Source of the DNA: Paraspadella gotoi
Taxonomy: Eukaryota > Animalia > Chaetognatha
DNA: 64,000 bases
Direction: 5' to 3'
Assembly: GCA_051294375.1 (NCBI GenBank)
Contig: CM119270.1
Location: 7,280,564 to 7,344,563, forward strand
A model generated the notes under the pieces. It did no database searches, was not told where the DNA came from, and was given only the letters and a program-made list of their open reading frames with translations. Below, in pieces: positions 59,701 to 64,000 of this stretch. A program made the position numbers and the translations under genes. Position 1 is the first letter of the stretch; every line of letters begins with the position of its first letter.

Positions 59701-62382
59701 CTGCTCCCGACCGTGGAGACAAGTCGACTCTTAAAGACGAGAAAAAATTAACTTTTTAGGTTTGCAACAAGGAGATTTTGGAACAGAATCAACTGCGGAC
59801 TGACCTGCACGATTGGGGTCGCCAGCTGTGCGAACAGCTCATTGAGCTGGAGGCCAAACTTTGCCAGGCCAAGAGCGAGAGAGACTTTCTACTCAACGAG
59901 AGGAAAAAGGAAATGGGACAAAAATCATGTGAGCTTTGAATGAGGCAAGGGGGAGGCAGCTATGAGAAAAAGGAAATAGGAAATAAAATGGTAAAAAGAA
60001 AAAAGGAGTCATAAGTCGGATATGAGAAATGTAAGCAAAAACCATTTATTTTTACTCATAAGTGTGTCTGTGTCTGTGATATATCATCAATTTTAAAATT
60101 GTATATTGTTATTAAACAACATTTGCAAGTTTTTTCTTTCTCCGCAGTCGATGGATCCCCGACCTCGACGGACGACGTCTTGGAGCGGATGATCGAGGAC
60201 GCGATGAACGAGGTCGTCGTGGACGAGCGTCTACAGGATACCGCCATCTCGAAGACGTTGCAGAGACAGACGGAAGTCCAGTCACCGTAAGGGATCATGA
60301 TCATGTTAAAGATTATAGTAGTTGTGCTACTTGTTGTCCGTTTTATCCCTATTTTATCATTTCATTCATGCATTTCACTACAATTCATATCAATTCACTT
60401 TGATCTTGCCTAACCTTACCTTTTCATTTTTTTAGCAATGGCCTTTATTACGACGACTATGGATTCCTCAAAGGGCAGAGCGCTTCATCTCCGACGAAGG
60501 ACGACGAAGAGCTGTTGACCAAAGCCAAGTCGTACGATATGTATTCAAGAGATTTGCAGGTCAGCGTCTGCTATGCAGCAGCAACACGACAGCGCAGGAT
60601 CGAATTATCATCTTTTCGCTGACAGGATTCTCTCGGCGAGCCGGGCGATTACGAGGTCTCTTGCCGAGTCAAGTGGGAAAACTTCATGGCTTCACAGTTG
60701 GCGATGAACGGAGGAGAAATTGTGAGATCTCCGGAGCTCAAGCTGCTCGTCCGCATGGGCATTCCAAATCAGTACAGGTGGGAAAAGTCAAACCACGACT
60801 GGACATGATAGCGACAGTTGGTCAACACCTTGTGTCTTGTCGGCAGATGGTGCATCTGGCGTTCCTGCATCAAAAACTGGCTCAGCGTCAAGGACGAAGA
60901 CCTGGGAGGGGAATCTTGGGCCTCCAAAATTGGGTCCTCTTACTACAAGGACCTCGTCGACTCTTGCTCCTCCGACAAACCGTGCTCCACTATAACGAGG
61001 TATAAAAAAAAACGGATGATCGTTAAAAATTTAAAAAAAAAAATTCTTATTTATTCAGTTTATTTTCCAATTCTGCATATTTTACTCGTCCTACCCCAAC
61101 GTCCCCGACTGACCTTTCCCTCACTCTCCTTCAATTTCCAGAGACGGCACCCTCACCAGCGGAGCAATCCTCCATCCGCTCGACAAGCAGATCGAGCTGG
61201 ACCTCCTCCGCACTCTCCCCAACAATCGACGCTTCTCCTCCAGCGGCTCCGAGATAATCGAAAAGTTGCGTCGAGTGTTAAGGGCCTTCGCCCGGCACAA
61301 CATCTCCGTCGGGTATTGCCAGGTCAGTCAAGGGGAGGAGGGTCTGCACAAGCTACCAAAACGGATATATCATGATTATTGATATCTTTTCAGGGCATGA
61401 ATCGACTAGCGGCGATTCCCCTTCTCGTCCTCCCCGACGAAGAAGACGCCTTTTGGTGTCTCGTCGCCATCGTTGATCACGTGATGCCTGAGTCTTACTT
61501 TTCCAGCGCCCTGGTCGCAGCGCAGGCGGATCAGAGGGTGCTGAAGGTGAGGAGCGCCGGAGCATGGTGGGTGGAATCCTAAAATTCAAAATTTTGTCAC
61601 TGTCTTCGTTTATTGTTCGGTCAATCTCTCTTTCCTTCCTTTCCTTCTTTCCTTGTTTTCTTTTTTTCCTTCCTTTCTTTCCTTTCATTCCTTTCATCTT
61701 TCCTTTCCTTCTTTCGTTTTTGCAGGAACTCCTCTCGGAAAAGTGCCCCCGACTGGCGAATCATCTGGATCGCCTATCCGTCGATCTTTCTCTCTTCACC
61801 TTTAACTGGTTTCTCTGTCTCTTCGTCGACACGATTCCGCCCGAGATCTACTTTAAGATTTGGGACGCCTTCCTCTACGAGGGACCCAAGGTTAAAGAGA
61901 TGGTCATACGGACAGAGAAAGCTGATACCGAAAAATTCTCTCATCATAAAGGGACGTAATAAAATGCTTTTTAAAGGTTCTATTTCGATTCGCTTTGGCG
62001 TTTCTGAAAATCCACGAAGAGGTCTTGTTGGCAGCGAGCGATTACATCGCGGCCTGCGCCATTCTACGTTCCATGGGTAAGTTTCTTCGGTCCAGGGATA
62101 AACTGGTAAATTAAATGTGAAGTATTGGGCTATCCTCTGATCGCCTTCGATTTCAGGCGAGGACGTGTTGACCACCGACTGGCGCGCCCTCTCCCACGTC
62201 GCCTTCGAGACCCTCAATCCTTTCCCGTTGCGCAATATCAAGAAGAGTCGGAAGCAGTGCCTGGCGCAGGTCCGCGCAGAGCTAGAAGAGCTGGAGGCGA
62301 TCAGGCAGAAGTACAGGCGGGGAGAGGCAAGCGGGGGGAGAAGAAAGGGGAAAACCTGTCGGAGAGCGACGAGGAAGGATGA
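54109..62382 (+). CDS. TBC1D2: TBC1 domain family member 2-like Rab GAP (PH + coiled coil + TBC)
   Basis: PH domain KLCGFLLK..RKWFVFNETTCRLYWYK..PLGEVDI; YDDYGF; LKLLVRMGIP; QIELDLLRTLP, VGYCQGMN, EEDAFWCL, FTFNWFLCLF, IWDAFLYEG, NPFP. Confidence 0.9.
56409..57079. mobile_element. Tc1/mariner-type MITE in a TBC1D2 intron
   Basis: TA|CAGTCCTGTGCAAAA..CGCGCCACTTT and its reverse complement AAAGTGGCGCG..TTTGCACAAGACTG|TA; AT-rich non-coding interior. Confidence 0.85.
57526..57782 (+). mobile_element. Solo LTR of TRIM family 1
   Basis: 257 bp, tgtggcagc...gttgccata, TSD GAAT (57522-57525 / 57783-57786), A-box-like TGGCTGAGCAGG and B box GGTTCAATCCC. Confidence 0.9.
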
Positions 62383-62392
62383 TGAGGGAGGC

Positions 62393-62471
<79 letters not shown>

Positions 62472-64000
62472 TTGTGTGTGTGGTGTCTGAGTGCGAAAGT
62501 ACTGCGAGAGCGCATATATTTACGCTTTGTTAAATTATTTCAATTTACTCATTTTTTTTATGTCGTTAATTAATCCTGGCGATAGTTTCGCTTTTTTATT
62601 AGAAAAATTTCGCCGTTCGATCCGCATCCTGGTGATGTTCAATTGTTCATTTGTTAATTCGCTTAATTTTTTTGTGGTATCTCCATTGTTAAAAATTTAA
62701 AAAAGAGGAAAAAAAAACAAAAAAAAATCTCTAATAGCCGATTTTTTTTTATAAGTATAAGTTGCCTTTTAATGCAGTCGTTTTTTAGGTTTAGATTGTA
62801 TTCTCGAGTTGTAATAATAAAAGTTCCTCGCCGGTTCTTCGACCCTTTTCCGCTTCAATGAGCTCAGGTTTCCACGAGAAGCGACGGGGAAACGACCGGA
62901 TCCCATTCAAGCGGAAACGAAGTCGACAATGCGAGGTGTCGACGTTGGAGAAGTGTGCTTGACTTTTGGCTCAGAGCCGTACGACTTTATGATGCGTTTT
63001 CAATACGATTAAAAAAATCGGGAGCAAGGGAAATTAATCCTGTAGGCAAAAATAATTTTAAAAATGTCAAAAACGTTCAAAATGTATGAAATCTGTGAAC
63101 GCAATCGGGTTGAGAAAAAAGAGATAGTACGTATCTTCGTGGAAGATCCTATTTAGAAAGAATCTATTTTTACCTGAACATTCTTGAATAAAACAAAGGG
63201 AAAAAAATTGATTGATCCAAAGGTCGTGCAATGAATAAATAAAAAAGTTTTATTTAAAAATAGTTTTATTTGTATTTCCACTTTTGATGTTTTCTAAAGC
63301 TTACGTTTGGGTTGTTTTTATTATGTTGTTTGTCGCTCTCTGAAAACTAGTTCGTGAGCAGGATCAAAATTTTCGTTGATTTGTGGATTCAGTATGCCAA
63401 TTTTGATAAAAATCAGAGCTTTGCCGAAGAAGAAATGATGACGGATTAAGTATTAAAATTGTTACGACGCCGCTAATAAAGTAATGAAAATTCACAAATG
63501 ACGAATCGGAAGTTGTGAATCTAATAATTCTCGTTCCGTCAATCATATTTATCTCCGGTCTTCCTCCTCCTCCTCCTCCTCCTCTCCTCCCTCTTTCCAT
63601 CTTTTTTCGTGTCCTCGCGTCAGGTTTTTCGCATTTATAACCGACAAGAAAGTCACGTCGCGAACAACAACAAAAGTCGCGCGCAGGGGCCAATGGGCGC
63701 GTCGCCTCTTCGTCGTCCAATCGGCGGCGTCTCGGAGAACGTTCGCCGGAAGTGACGCCTTCGCTTGCGTCACGCGATCGTCGCTGACGCCGGATTTATG
63801 GTAGCGCCGCTCCGTCGGCGGCGTCGGAAGCTACGCCCACCTCTCTCTCGCTCTCTCGTGCACGCGGAGTCTCTAATGACGCGTCGTCATCAATTATAAA
63901 TTGGCAATTAGTTTTTTTTGTTTTTTCGTGTTTTGTTTCGAGAAGATAAGAGGAGAATCGAATTTGAACGAGAGGGGTTTCGATGGAAATAGTTCAGTAT

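Noticed and set aside
62330-62470. TBC1D2 ORF running into a poly-(Glu-Arg) tail
   Set aside because: The tail is a (GA)n microsatellite; the alternative frame gives a family-typical acidic end (ENLSESDEEG*, 62382), implying an indel error
63364-63850. GC-rich minus-strand ORFs at the window end
   Set aside because: No recognisable motif or consistent splice model; may belong to a gene outside the window

Overview
Eukaryotic (animal, probably invertebrate) genomic DNA with GC-rich exons, short AT-rich introns, many microsatellites and three N gaps. Spliced host genes: a KCNE-like single-pass membrane protein (-), a QRICH2/C16orf96-like DUF4795 gene (+, partly present twice), an intronless XK-related ORF (+), long-chain acyl-CoA dehydrogenase (-), an unknown 3-exon gene (+), a CHD3/4/5 (Mi-2) remodeller (+) and a TBC1D2-like PH+TBC RabGAP (+). 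Segments 11.3-21.1 kb and 21.5-26.5 kb are two versions of the same locus (haplotypes or a tandem duplication) that differ by transposon insertions. Mobile DNA includes a gag-only BEL/Pao LTR element, a hAT-like transposon, Tc1/mariner MITEs, solo LTRs and two minimal hammerhead ribozymes, one closed by a 66-bp inverted repeat. The most interesting signal is at least two families of miniature LTR retrotransposons whose LTRs carry a tRNA-type Pol III promoter. They have an extended tRNA-Trp primer-binding site, and one family shows an apparent target-sequence preference. About 14.7-35 kb is rich in single-base indels, probably sequencing error, so frameshift-based pseudogene calls there are unsafe. 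All family assignments come from motif recognition by eye, not database searches.
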